From Paracoccaceae bacterium (GTDB lineage: Bacteria; Pseudomonadota; Alphaproteobacteria; Rhodobacterales; Rhodobacteraceae): 64,000 nucleotides of DNA. Each line of letters begins with the position of its first letter. Within the stretch, counting starts at the first letter, position 1. The stretch covers positions 2,411,697 through 2,475,696 of the forward strand of contig JAHRYM010000001.1 in NCBI GenBank assembly GCA_020622085.1, given 5' to 3'. Of this stretch, positions 46,702-55,364 are shown one piece after another. The notes under the pieces were generated by a model. It ran no database searches and was not told where the DNA came from. It saw only the letters and a list, made by a program, of their open reading frames with translations. The position numbers and the translations under genes are program-made.

Positions 46702-46728
46702 CTATCTATTTGATATGTTTATTAGATT

Positions 46729-46773
46729 TGGTTGCGGGGGCAGGATTTGAACCTGCGGCCTTCAGGTTATGAG
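46729..46773 (-). other. 3' fragment (anticodon loop to CCA) of a tRNA-Met gene; putative att core
   Basis: The minus strand reads CTCATAA-CCTGA-AGGCC-GCAGG-TTCAAAT-CCTGC-CCCCGCA-A-CCA. There is no 5' acceptor, D-arm or complementary anticodon-stem strand upstream. Confidence 0.7.
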
Positions 46774-46903
46774 GCTCACCCCTGCGTCCGGAATAACTTT
46801 TTGATTTCAGGATTTTAGCCGATTTTCTTACCCTCAACGTCGGCGTCGTGTCGCACGGAACTGCCGCAAACCGTTGCGAAGAAACGGGAAACCAGATCGG
46901 CCG

Positions 46904-47371
46904 TCACCCACGCTGGCTCTTGAAGCCTTCGTATCGCGGTCGCAGGCGGCATTGCAGGAAGCTCTCCAGCAGCGTCAAGACTGGCACGCCGAGGTGGGCC
47001 GGGAGCAGGATGTTCACCCGATCCACCTTCGCCCTGATCCAGCTTCCGATCTCGGCCATGTCAGCTTCGCCCAGCCCCATCCGCTCTGCGTCAGCAATCA
47101 TGGATGCCGCGAGCGTGCTCTGTGCGCTGCCCGGATTGTAGTGCTGACTGGTGTACCGCGCCTGGCTCTTCGGGCCGACCTTTCCGACCTTCAGTACGTC
47201 GCCCCCGTAGGTGAAAACGTACACTGCCATCTGGCCCGCTGGCAGCCGCGTGGGCGGCGCGTGGGGCGCTGGCAGCGCCTCGATCCGGATGTCGTCCGCT
47301 GCCAGCGAAACGCCCGCCAGCCGCGCCACGATGGCGAAGTCTGCGAGGGTCTGGTCGGGAAGCCATGTCAT
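46904..47371 (-). CDS. GIY-YIG-like nuclease-domain protein (tentative)
   Basis: MAVYVFTYGGDVLKVGKVG...ARYTSQHY...LLESFL resembles the GIY..YIG..R..H..E spacing. ATGA-coupled to the upstream gene. Assignment made by eye only. Confidence 0.45.
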   Translation of the reverse strand: MTWLPDQTLADFAIVARLAGVSLAADDIRIEALPAPHAPPTRLPAGQMAVYVFTYGGDVLKVGKVGPKSQARYTSQHYNPGSAQSTLAASMIADAERMGLGEADMAEIGSWIRAKVDRVNILLPAHLGVPVLTLLESFLQCRLRPRYEGFKSQRG

Positions 47372-47889
47372 GGCGAGCCCTTGTCGAAGGCCCAAAGCGC
47401 CTTGTCGAGGGTGCGCATGGTGACACCGTGTTGAGTAGCCGTTCTGCGGCATAGGTCAACATACTCGACCCACTTCTCGTAGGTGTAGGGCGGTGATCCC
47501 CCTACCGTATTCATGGCCCTGACATCGAGGATTGGATATCGGTCCGGGAAGATGAAATGCAGGATTACACTGGCCATGGGCCATTGCACCCCGCGCAGCG
47601 AAAGAAGGGCACCGATGCGAAGCCTCTCGGACGTAGCGCGAAATGATGAGGTTGTGATCTCGATAACTTCGGGTTCAGTGTTATCTGCGCAGAGCTGACG
47701 CGTCCGACCACCCCGCCATTTCCATTCAGCCACGGCGAAAAGATCATCTCGAGTCATGTGGCCGCGTTTGGATGCAATGAGCATGAGCGCCACGAGGTCG
47801 CGTTCTTTCTTGGCGTCCTTTTCCTTCATGTCTTGATCGCGTTTGCAAGCAAGAGCGTCGATTTGGGCTTTTGAAAGATTAATCTGCAT
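47368..47889 (-). CDS. HhH (OGG/AlkA-fold-like) DNA-glycosylase-like protein (tentative)
   Basis: LSLRGVQWPMASVILHFIFPDRYPILDVRAMN resembles a helix-hairpin-helix followed by the conserved Asp of HhH-GPD enzymes. Lower G+C than the flanks. Confidence 0.45.
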   Translation of the reverse strand: MQINLSKAQIDALACKRDQDMKEKDAKKERDLVALMLIASKRGHMTRDDLFAVAEWKWRGGRTRQLCADNTEPEVIEITTSSFRATSERLRIGALLSLRGVQWPMASVILHFIFPDRYPILDVRAMNTVGGSPPYTYEKWVEYVDLCRRTATQHGVTMRTLDKALWAFDKGSP

Positions 47890-47935
47890 ACCAGCAGATT
47901 AGCCGGGTAAAGCCAAACCCGCCACTCGATTTCCA

Positions 47936-49039
47936 TTACCCCAGCAGCTTCGCCTCAACCAAGGCCATCGCCTTCTGGTGATCCGGGGAGGGGAACAGGT
48001 GGCCGTAGCGTTCCATCGTCATCTGGATGGAGGAGTGACCTGCGAAGGTCATGATTTCCTTGATCGAGAACCCCTGCTCGATCCACAGCGACACGGCGAA
48101 GTGGCGGAGGTCGTGCCAGCGCATGGTCACCTCGACCTTTTCCTGCAGCTTGCGGAACCGCTCCTGCGTGCGGGTGTGCTGCAGGATCCCACCCTGCGGC
48201 GCGGGGAACACCAGCCCCAACTCGCTTTTCGGGCAGCGCAGTTTCCATCGGCGCAGGGCGTTCAGAACCATCGGCCCGGCGGGGATGTCGCGGAACCCTG
48301 CCCGCGATTTCGGCTCGCCCATCTGGTTGTAGGCGTCTGCGCGCTGGCGGATGTGCAGGAAGCCCTTGTCAAAATCCACGTCCTGCCAGCGAAGACCGCG
48401 CAGTTCTGATGCACGCAACCCGCCCAGCGCCGACACGATCAGATGTGGCTTGAAATCCTCGTCTGCCGCCTCGATCAGCGCGCGGATCGCCTCCTTCGAC
48501 GGCACCGGGGCCTTGTGCTCGATCCGGCTGGACTTGATCACCCGCACGCCCTGCGCGGCGTTGGTGAATAACTGGCCGTTGTCGATGGCATGGTCGAGGA
48601 TCAGCTTCAGCACCGACAGCGCGCGGCGGGTCAGATGTTCGGACCGACCGTTCAGCAGCATCCGGTCGCGGAACTCGTTGACGTGGCGGCGGGTCAGCTG
48701 GGCGATCAGCTTGTCCCCGATGCCGACCTCGGGCGCGGTCAGATGCAGCCGCACATAGTCGCTGTAGCCGCGCAGGGTGGAGCGTTCCATCCGCCGCCCG
48801 GTCTTGCAGCGCACCTCGCAATGGTCGAGCCAAGCCTTCGCGGCATCGGCCACCGTCGTGCTGTCGCTGTCGGCCAGATAGGTATGATTGGCGACCAGCG
48901 AGCGGACCTTGACCAGATAGACATCCGCATCCTTGCGGCGCGGGAACAGCTTGGACCGCCGTTTGCCCGCCTGGTCGGTGAAGTCCACCTGCCACCGGAC
49001 CAGGCCCGAGGGCAGCGTGCGTTTGCGGATCGTGGCCAT
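47936..49039 (-). CDS. int: Tyrosine integrase
   Basis: MATIRKRTLPSGLVRWQVDF... N-terminus (phage-integrase arm/SAM-like domain). Catalytic GLRASELRGL, HDLRHFAVS and RYGH. Start at ATG 49039. Confidence 0.9.
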   Translation of the reverse strand: MATIRKRTLPSGLVRWQVDFTDQAGKRRSKLFPRRKDADVYLVKVRSLVANHTYLADSDSTTVADAAKAWLDHCEVRCKTGRRMERSTLRGYSDYVRLHLTAPEVGIGDKLIAQLTRRHVNEFRDRMLLNGRSEHLTRRALSVLKLILDHAIDNGQLFTNAAQGVRVIKSSRIEHKAPVPSKEAIRALIEAADEDFKPHLIVSALGGLRASELRGLRWQDVDFDKGFLHIRQRADAYNQMGEPKSRAGFRDIPAGPMVLNALRRWKLRCPKSELGLVFPAPQGGILQHTRTQERFRKLQEKVEVTMRWHDLRHFAVSLWIEQGFSIKEIMTFAGHSSIQMTMERYGHLFPSPDHQKAMALVEAKLLG

Positions 49040-49172
49040 GGGTTCCCTCCGTGAGCGTAAGAAACGGAACCAGTTGTCAAAGCCCGTTAATGGCGATATG
49101 AACCGTCTCAGATGCACTTGCAATGGATTGTTGCGCGTGTAAAGCCCTTGTTCATGAACGGAGCCCTCATCA

Positions 49173-49952
49173 ATGACAGCCAGCGAACGGAACGGTGCGG
49201 AAGCTCCCGAACCGCTCTTCCATGGCGACGCGGACGCAGTTGCGGCATCGGGGATGCCCCTGCCCAGCCTGCGTGTCCTGCAAGCAGCCGGAGCCATTCA
49301 GGCCCAAAAAACACCCAAGGAGCATGGCGGCTTCAGGCGATTGTGGCGCGAGGAGGACGTGCTGATCGCCTCGATCGGTGCAGCGGTCAGCGAGCATTTC
49401 GCCTGGAATATCCGGATCGTGGCAGAAGCGATGGCCAAGACAAAACCGGGCACATGGGCCGCGCTGACAGCCTCGATTGCCGGGACCATTTCATCCGAAG
49501 AGGGCGTGCTGATCCGATCATCGCCGGACGACTGGCATCTCGACCTGATCGACCGGAAGTATCTGTTCCTTCGGGTGCCACCTGTTGTCGCCGCCTTTTT
49601 CCTCGATGCACCGCACCGGGAGACCAACCTGATCCTCGGCTACGCAGCATCAAAGGACACGTTCAAGATGGTGCCGTGGCTGCTTGGCAGTCCGGAGGGT
49701 CGCGCCAAGCTGGCGGCCATCACGTCACCGGCGCAGATCACGACCGGCGAACGCATCTACAAGCTGGCCATGGCGACCCGCGCCAACGCACTGAGCACCG
49801 CCAGCATCAACATCAGCATGCAGATCCGCGCCACATGGCGCCGCCTTCACGGCCTTGACGCCCACTTCCTCCAAAACGCCCTGCCCCAGAAAGGAACCTC
49901 CAATGACCCAACATCCCGGCCCCGCCCAAAAGATGCAACAGACAGCGACTGA
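49173..49952 (+). CDS. Hypothetical protein (divergent from int)
   Basis: A 259-aa ORF with non-repetitive composition and no recognisable motif. Its 3' end overlaps the next gene. Confidence 0.4.
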   Translation: MTASERNGAEAPEPLFHGDADAVAASGMPLPSLRVLQAAGAIQAQKTPKEHGGFRRLWREEDVLIASIGAAVSEHFAWNIRIVAEAMAKTKPGTWAALTASIAGTISSEEGVLIRSSPDDWHLDLIDRKYLFLRVPPVVAAFFLDAPHRETNLILGYAASKDTFKMVPWLLGSPEGRAKLAAITSPAQITTGERIYKLAMATRANALSTASINISMQIRATWRRLHGLDAHFLQNALPQKGTSNDPTSRPRPKDATDSD

Positions 49953-50163
49953 GGTGACGCTCGGCGATGACCTGCTGCGGGGGGCAGACGAAATCGCCAA
50001 ATTCATGTTCGGCGACGTGAAGCACCGCCGCAAGGTTTACTACCTGACCGGCGAGGCACCGAAGGGCATGCCCCACTTCAAGATGGGGTCGGTGATCTGC
50101 GCACGCAAAAGCACGCTGCTGAACTGGGTCGCACAGCAGGAGCGTTTCACCCCGGGCGAGTGA
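49903..50163 (+). CDS. AlpA/excisionase-like HTH DNA-binding protein
   Basis: LLRGADEIAKFMFGD....VYYLTGEAPKGMPHFKMGSVICARKSTLLNWV matches the MerR-superfamily excisionase/AlpA layout. AAGGAA RBS. An alternative start lies at 49933. Confidence 0.6.
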   Translation: MTQHPGPAQKMQQTATEVTLGDDLLRGADEIAKFMFGDVKHRRKVYYLTGEAPKGMPHFKMGSVICARKSTLLNWVAQQERFTPGE

Positions 50164-50236
50164 AAGCCATCGCAAATGTCCTGAGGTCCGCGACCCAATC
50201 GCGGGCTCCTTCTTTCATCAGAAACATAGCGCCCCC

Positions 50237-52681
50237 ATGACCCTGCAGGACCATCCGCTCGACTTCAACGACGTGCCGCCAGCCCGCAAAGCGCGCGGCA
50301 GCACTCGCATGTCGGTGGCCCGGCTCGCGGAACTGCTGAACGACCGGATCGGTGATCTTGCCGTTGCCCTGCTCGGCACCCCGAACCGCGAACTGTCCAG
50401 CCAGCAGCAGCTTCGCTTCGGGACCAAGGGCAGCATGGCGGTGGAGATCGCGGGCAAGGATGTCGGGCGCTGGTACGACCATGAGGCAGGCACTGGCGGC
50501 GCTGGGCTGGAACTGATCCGCCACCATCTCGGGCTGGACGAGAAGTCTGCATGGGATTGGGCGCGCAACTGGCTGGGCGAGGCGGCGATGCCGTCCTCCT
50601 GGACTGCCAAACCGGCCACCGCCCCTGCCTCGGGCGCGGCCAAGCCCGTCGAAATGACCGATGCGGAACGCGCCACCAAGGTCGCGGAAATCGTCCGTCA
50701 GACCGAAAGCCCAAACGGCACCCCTGCCCACGCCTATCTGCGCGGGCGCGGGATTGCCATTCAGCCGCCCGACTGCATCCGGTTTCGACAGAACGCCTAT
50801 GGCAGCTATGGCGCGATGGTCGCGCTGGCCACCGATGCGACGGGCGAGGTTCTGGCCATCCAGCAGGTCTATCTGACCGCCGACGGCAAGAAGGCCCCCC
50901 TTAGTCCCGTCAAGCGCACCAACAAGGCGGTGGAGGGCTGGGCCGAACGTTCCGCGGTGCGTTTGCCGGGGCGCGAACCGCTGGTGCTGTGTGAAGGGGT
51001 CGAAACCGCGCTGTCGATCTGGCAGGCGACCGGTCAGGAGGTCTGGGCCTGCCTCGGCATCGCGAACATCGCCCGCGCGCCCGTTCCCGACAAGGCAATG
51101 GTGATCATCGCCCGCGATGGCGACGCGCCCGGCAGCAAGGCCGAGGGCCAGATCCTGCGCACCGCCAGCAGTCTTGTCGCACGCGGGTTTACGGTGCTCA
51201 TGGCCACCCCGCCTGAAAGTGAGGATTTCAATGACATCCTGATGCGCGAGGGCGAAGACGCTGTCCGCAGCCGCATCGCAGCCGCCGAACCCTTGCGCGC
51301 CGACCAGGCCGACACCCGCAACAAGGATCTCTACATCGGGTCAGACGTCGAGATCGCCAAACGCGTCCGCGAAGACCTGACCGCCCATCACGGGCGCATC
51401 GTCCATGCCGAAGGCGCGTTCTGGCGTTACACTGGCACGGAGTGGGAGGCCATCGAGGACCATCTGATCCGGCTGCCGGTTCATGCCTATGACGGCGCGG
51501 ATTTCATGACGGCGGCGGGCGAACCCTCGCGCGTCAAGCTGAGCAGATCCCGCGTGGACTCGGTGCTGAACGAATGTGCTGCCCTCTGCGCCGAACCGCA
51601 CTTTTTTGAGAACCCGCCCGCCGGGATCAACTGCACCTCGGGCTTCATCCGTTTCGACGCCGCTGGCACACCTCACCTTGAACCCCATCACCGCAATCAC
51701 CGCTGCCGCCACACCCTGCCCGGCCATTGGCATGCGGGCGTGCCGGGCACCCCGCCCGAAGGCTCCTTGCTGCACCGCCTTCTGACCGGCAGCTTCAAAG
51801 GCGACCCCGAGGCCCAAGCAAAATGCGATCTTCTGGCCGAGATCTGCGGATCGGCCGCGCTGGGCTATGCGACCCACCTGCTGCAACCCCGCGCCGTCGT
51901 GCTGCATGGCATGGCCGCCGAAAACGGCAAAAGCCAGTTTCTCAATCTTGCCCGCGGTCTGCTACCCCCCAGCGCCATCTGCTCTGTTCCCGCCTCGCAA
52001 ATGGGGGACGACAGGCATGTCCTCGGCTTGGTCGGCAAGCTTCTGAATGCATCCGACGAGTTGTCGGCAGAAGCCATCGCGTCGGACGCATTCAAGGCCG
52101 TCGTCACTGGCGATCCGGTCCAAGGGCGCGATGTCTACAAGAGCAGGGTCGAGTTCCGCTCGGTGGCACAGAACCTCTTTGCCACGAACACCCTGCCCAG
52201 CTTCAAGGGTGGCGTGGACCGTGGCGTTCAGCGCCGCCTGATGGTGATCCCCTTCACCCGCACGATCCCCATCCCTGAACGCGTCGCGGATATCGGCAAG
52301 CGGATCGCCTCGGATGAAGCCGACCTGCTGCTGGCATGGGCGGTCCATGGCGCAGCGCGTCTGATCCGCCAGCGCAATTTCGCCATCCCCGAAAGCTGCC
52401 ACCGGGCGCTGATCGACTGGGTGCTGGGCGAAGACCCCGTGCTTGCCTGGATCGACGCTTGCGTGCGGGTGCAGCCCATCGTGAACGGTGGCCCGATGCT
52501 TGCGACGCGCGACGCCCACCTGCGGTTTCAGAACTGGGCGCTGGCCGAGGGTTTCAAGACCGAGAAGATCCCCGCGATCAACGGCTTCGTGCAGCGCGTT
52601 CAGGCCCAGGTCGCGGGTATCCAACACAAGCGCACCAGCACGGGGCGGTTCTTCCTCGGCATCACAGTGACGCAAGGGTGA
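50237..52681 (+). CDS. Primase-helicase (Toprim domain plus P4/D5-family SF3 helicase)
   Basis: Toprim residues LVLCEGVETALS and IIARDGDAPGS. Walker A HGMAAENGKSQF, typical of P4-family primases. Confidence 0.85.
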   Translation: MTLQDHPLDFNDVPPARKARGSTRMSVARLAELLNDRIGDLAVALLGTPNRELSSQQQLRFGTKGSMAVEIAGKDVGRWYDHEAGTGGAGLELIRHHLGLDEKSAWDWARNWLGEAAMPSSWTAKPATAPASGAAKPVEMTDAERATKVAEIVRQTESPNGTPAHAYLRGRGIAIQPPDCIRFRQNAYGSYGAMVALATDATGEVLAIQQVYLTADGKKAPLSPVKRTNKAVEGWAERSAVRLPGREPLVLCEGVETALSIWQATGQEVWACLGIANIARAPVPDKAMVIIARDGDAPGSKAEGQILRTASSLVARGFTVLMATPPESEDFNDILMREGEDAVRSRIAAAEPLRADQADTRNKDLYIGSDVEIAKRVREDLTAHHGRIVHAEGAFWRYTGTEWEAIEDHLIRLPVHAYDGADFMTAAGEPSRVKLSRSRVDSVLNECAALCAEPHFFENPPAGINCTSGFIRFDAAGTPHLEPHHRNHRCRHTLPGHWHAGVPGTPPEGSLLHRLLTGSFKGDPEAQAKCDLLAEICGSAALGYATHLLQPRAVVLHGMAAENGKSQFLNLARGLLPPSAICSVPASQMGDDRHVLGLVGKLLNASDELSAEAIASDAFKAVVTGDPVQGRDVYKSRVEFRSVAQNLFATNTLPSFKGGVDRGVQRRLMVIPFTRTIPIPERVADIGKRIASDEADLLLAWAVHGAARLIRQRNFAIPESCHRALIDWVLGEDPVLAWIDACVRVQPIVNGGPMLATRDAHLRFQNWALAEGFKTEKIPAINGFVQRVQAQVAGIQHKRTSTGRFFLGITVTQG

Positions 52682-52894
52682 CGCAAGAATGACGGGCTTT
52701 CCCCTGCAACCCATTGAAAGTGTTGAGATGACGCACTTGGCCCGAACCTTTTCATATAAGGGGGAAAACCACACAACCCTGAATACACATTACCCCCCTT
52801 ATGTAAAATGTTGCTTGGGAAGGTGCGTCATCTCAACACTATCAAAGACTTACGCCCCAAAACCCGTCATTTCCGCGTCATGGTTGCGTCACCC
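52668..52894. repeat. Nested palindrome with 4 direct TGACG and 4 inverted CGTCA motifs (candidate ori or packaging site)
   Basis: Perfect arms: 11 bp (52676-86 / 52884-94), 7 bp (52690-96 / 52863-69), 17 bp (52720-36 / 52823-39) and 9 bp (52756-64 / 52794-802). All are centred near 52780. Confidence 0.7.
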
Positions 52895-53014
52895 ACAGCG
52901 CCCCACGGGCGGGTCTGAGGGGCGTCAATCGGGAAGGATCGGGAAGGCGATGGTTCCTTTTGGGCCGATCCGTATGTGGGGGAGCGCAGCCCATGACCCC
53001 GCCAGCGTCAGGAG

Positions 53015-53542
53015 GTGGAATTGACTAAACTCAACGCCTCGGAAACCAAGACCGCCTTCGCCACACGGGTCGGCCTCACCAAGGGCCGCATCTCGCAACT
53101 GGTGGCCGACGGTCTGCCGGTGCGACCCGATGGTCAGATCGATGTGGAGGTGGGGCTGGCCTGGATCGAAGACAATCTCGATCCGTCGCGACGCAACAAG
53201 GGTGGTGCCTTCGCTGCACCTTCATCGCCCGCCCGCGTCTCGACCACGCTGGCCGAGGCCAAACGCCTGCATGAAATCGTCAAGGTCCAGCGTGCCAAGC
53301 TCGCATTTGAACGCGAACAGGGTCAGCTAGTCGAAACCGTCGCGGCCACCCGCACGGTATTTGCCCGCGCGCGTGCCGAACGCGATGCGCACATGGCTTG
53401 GGTCCAGCGCACGGCACCGCTGCTGGCCGCCGAGGTCGGGGCCGATCCTCGCGCCACCTTTGCGGCACTGGACCGGATGATGCGCGAACATCTCGAATAC
53501 CTCGCCGACATGCCGCTAGGGAGTTTTGGCGATGGTGCCTGA
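53015..53542 (+). CDS. Terminase small subunit
   Basis: N-terminal HTH (FATRVGLTKGRISQLVADGLP). Aligns with 13716..14267 in the C-terminal half. Overlaps terL. GTG/TTG start. Confidence 0.65.
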   Translation: MELTKLNASETKTAFATRVGLTKGRISQLVADGLPVRPDGQIDVEVGLAWIEDNLDPSRRNKGGAFAAPSSPARVSTTLAEAKRLHEIVKVQRAKLAFEREQGQLVETVAATRTVFARARAERDAHMAWVQRTAPLLAAEVGADPRATFAALDRMMREHLEYLADMPLGSFGDGA

Positions 53543-55331
53543 AATTGATCTCGCCTGGCGGCGCGGCATCCGGCCTGAACCGCCCATCCCCGTGTCGGAC
53601 TGGGCCGACCGCCACCGCATCCTGCCACCCACCTCGGCGGAACCGGGGCGCTGGCGCACCGACCGCACGCCCTATCTGCGCGCCGTGATGGATGCGCTGT
53701 CCACCTCCAGCCCTTACGAACGAGTCGTGCTGATGAAGGGCGCGCAGACGGGCGGCTCCGAGGCTGGGCTGAACTGGCTGGGCTACATCATTCAGAACGC
53801 CCCTGGCATCGCCATGCTGGTCATGCCGTCACTGGACATGGTGCGGCGCAACACCACCGTGCGGATCGACCCGCTGATCGAGGCTACCCCTGCCCTGCGC
53901 GATCTGGTGTCGGCCCCGAGGTCGCGCGATGCCGGGAACAGCCTGTTCCGCAAATCCTTCCCCGGCGGCCAGCTGGTGATGACCGGTGCCAACAGCGCGG
54001 TGGGGCTGCGATCCACGCCCGTGCGCTACCTGTTCCTGGACGAGGTGGACGGCTATCCCGGCGACGCCGACGGCGAAGGTGATCCCGTCGATCTGGCGAT
54101 CCAGCGCACGACCACCTTCCGAGGGCGGCGCAAGATCTACATGGTCTCCACGCCGACGCTGAAAGGCCATTCCCGCATCGAGGCGGCCTACCTCGACAGC
54201 GACCAGAGGTATTTCCATGTGCCATGCCTGCACTGCGGCGACATGGCACCGATCACATGGGCGCGCATCCGCTGGCCCGAGGGGCAGCGCGACGCGGCGT
54301 ATCTGGTCTGCGAGGCGTGCGGTGGCGTGCATCATGAACACGAAAAGCCGCGCATGATGTCTGCCGGTGAATGGCGGCCGACCGCGCTGGGCGATGGCCG
54401 CACTGCGGGGTTCCACCTATCGTCGCTCTATTCGCCGTGGGAAACCTGGGCCGAGATCGCGCAGGAGTATGCGCGCGTCGCCAAGGATCCCGCGCGTCTG
54501 CAGGTCTGGGTCAACACCAAGTTGGGCGAGTCCTGGGAGGACCAGGCGGGCGACACCGTTCCCGCCGATCCCCTCATGGCCCGGCGCGAGGATTGGGGCA
54601 GCGACCTCGCCCCCGGAGTGGCCGTCCTGACGGCAGGCGTCGATGTGCAGGGCGACCGGATCGAGGTGCAGATCGTCGGCTGGGGCCGCGACGAGGAGGC
54701 ATGGGTCATCGACTACCGCGTGCTCTGGGGCGATCCGTCCGGGCCACGCCTGTGGTCCGATCTGGATGGCGTGCTCAACGGCACCTATGGCGACCTCCCC
54801 GTGCGCGCCGTCGCCGTGGATACCGGCGGTCACCACACCAAGATGGCCTACGAGTTCTGCCGCACCCGCCTCGCCCGCCGCATCTGGGCGATCAAGGGCC
54901 GTGGTGGCCCTGGTATTGCCGTCTGGCCCCGCCGCCCCACCCGCAGCAACAAGGCAAAGATCCCGCTGTTCATCGTGGGCGTCGATGCCGTGAAGGACGC
55001 TGTCTACGCCCGCCTGAAGTTGACTGAACCCGGCCCCGGCGCCATCCACTTCCCCCGCCGCCTCGACGTTGACTACTTCCGCCAGTTGACCGCCGAGCGC
55101 GTCGTCACCCGCTTCGAGAAGGGCCGCCCCATCCGCTCCTGGCAACCCAAGCGCGACGGCGAACGCAACGAGGCGTTGGACACCTTCGTCTACGCCCACG
55201 CCGCGCTTCATGGCCTGATCAGCATGGGGATGCGGCTGAACGAGGAGGCTGAAGCGTTTGCAACGAACCCGATGCAGTTCGATGTAGAAGCTTCGCGAGT
55301 GATCCGGTCAGCTTGGCTTGCCCGCAGTTAA
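53526..55331 (+). CDS. Terminase large subunit, GpA family
   Basis: Alignable by eye to 14215..16269 over most of its length (VSDWADRHRILP, LMKGAQTGGSEAGLNW, LFLDEVDGYP, CLHCG...CEACG). The start is TTG 53526 or ATG 53532. Confidence 0.9.
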   Translation: MAMVPEIDLAWRRGIRPEPPIPVSDWADRHRILPPTSAEPGRWRTDRTPYLRAVMDALSTSSPYERVVLMKGAQTGGSEAGLNWLGYIIQNAPGIAMLVMPSLDMVRRNTTVRIDPLIEATPALRDLVSAPRSRDAGNSLFRKSFPGGQLVMTGANSAVGLRSTPVRYLFLDEVDGYPGDADGEGDPVDLAIQRTTTFRGRRKIYMVSTPTLKGHSRIEAAYLDSDQRYFHVPCLHCGDMAPITWARIRWPEGQRDAAYLVCEACGGVHHEHEKPRMMSAGEWRPTALGDGRTAGFHLSSLYSPWETWAEIAQEYARVAKDPARLQVWVNTKLGESWEDQAGDTVPADPLMARREDWGSDLAPGVAVLTAGVDVQGDRIEVQIVGWGRDEEAWVIDYRVLWGDPSGPRLWSDLDGVLNGTYGDLPVRAVAVDTGGHHTKMAYEFCRTRLARRIWAIKGRGGPGIAVWPRRPTRSNKAKIPLFIVGVDAVKDAVYARLKLTEPGPGAIHFPRRLDVDYFRQLTAERVVTRFEKGRPIRSWQPKRDGERNEALDTFVYAHAALHGLISMGMRLNEEAEAFATNPMQFDVEASRVIRSAWLARS

Positions 55332-55364
55332 GATGTCTTGATCTACAACGGACAGCTTTGGCGG

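Noticed and set aside
46729-46810. A complete tRNA-Met gene
   Set aside because: The sequence upstream of the anticodon loop (GTGAGC...) cannot pair with the 3' anticodon-stem strand CCTGA. No TGCGGGG acceptor 5' strand or D-arm is present within the required distance.
52689-53024. 111-aa ORF between primase and terS
   Set aside because: It spans the nested palindrome, so its sequence is dictated by DNA symmetry. It has odd composition and no RBS or motif.
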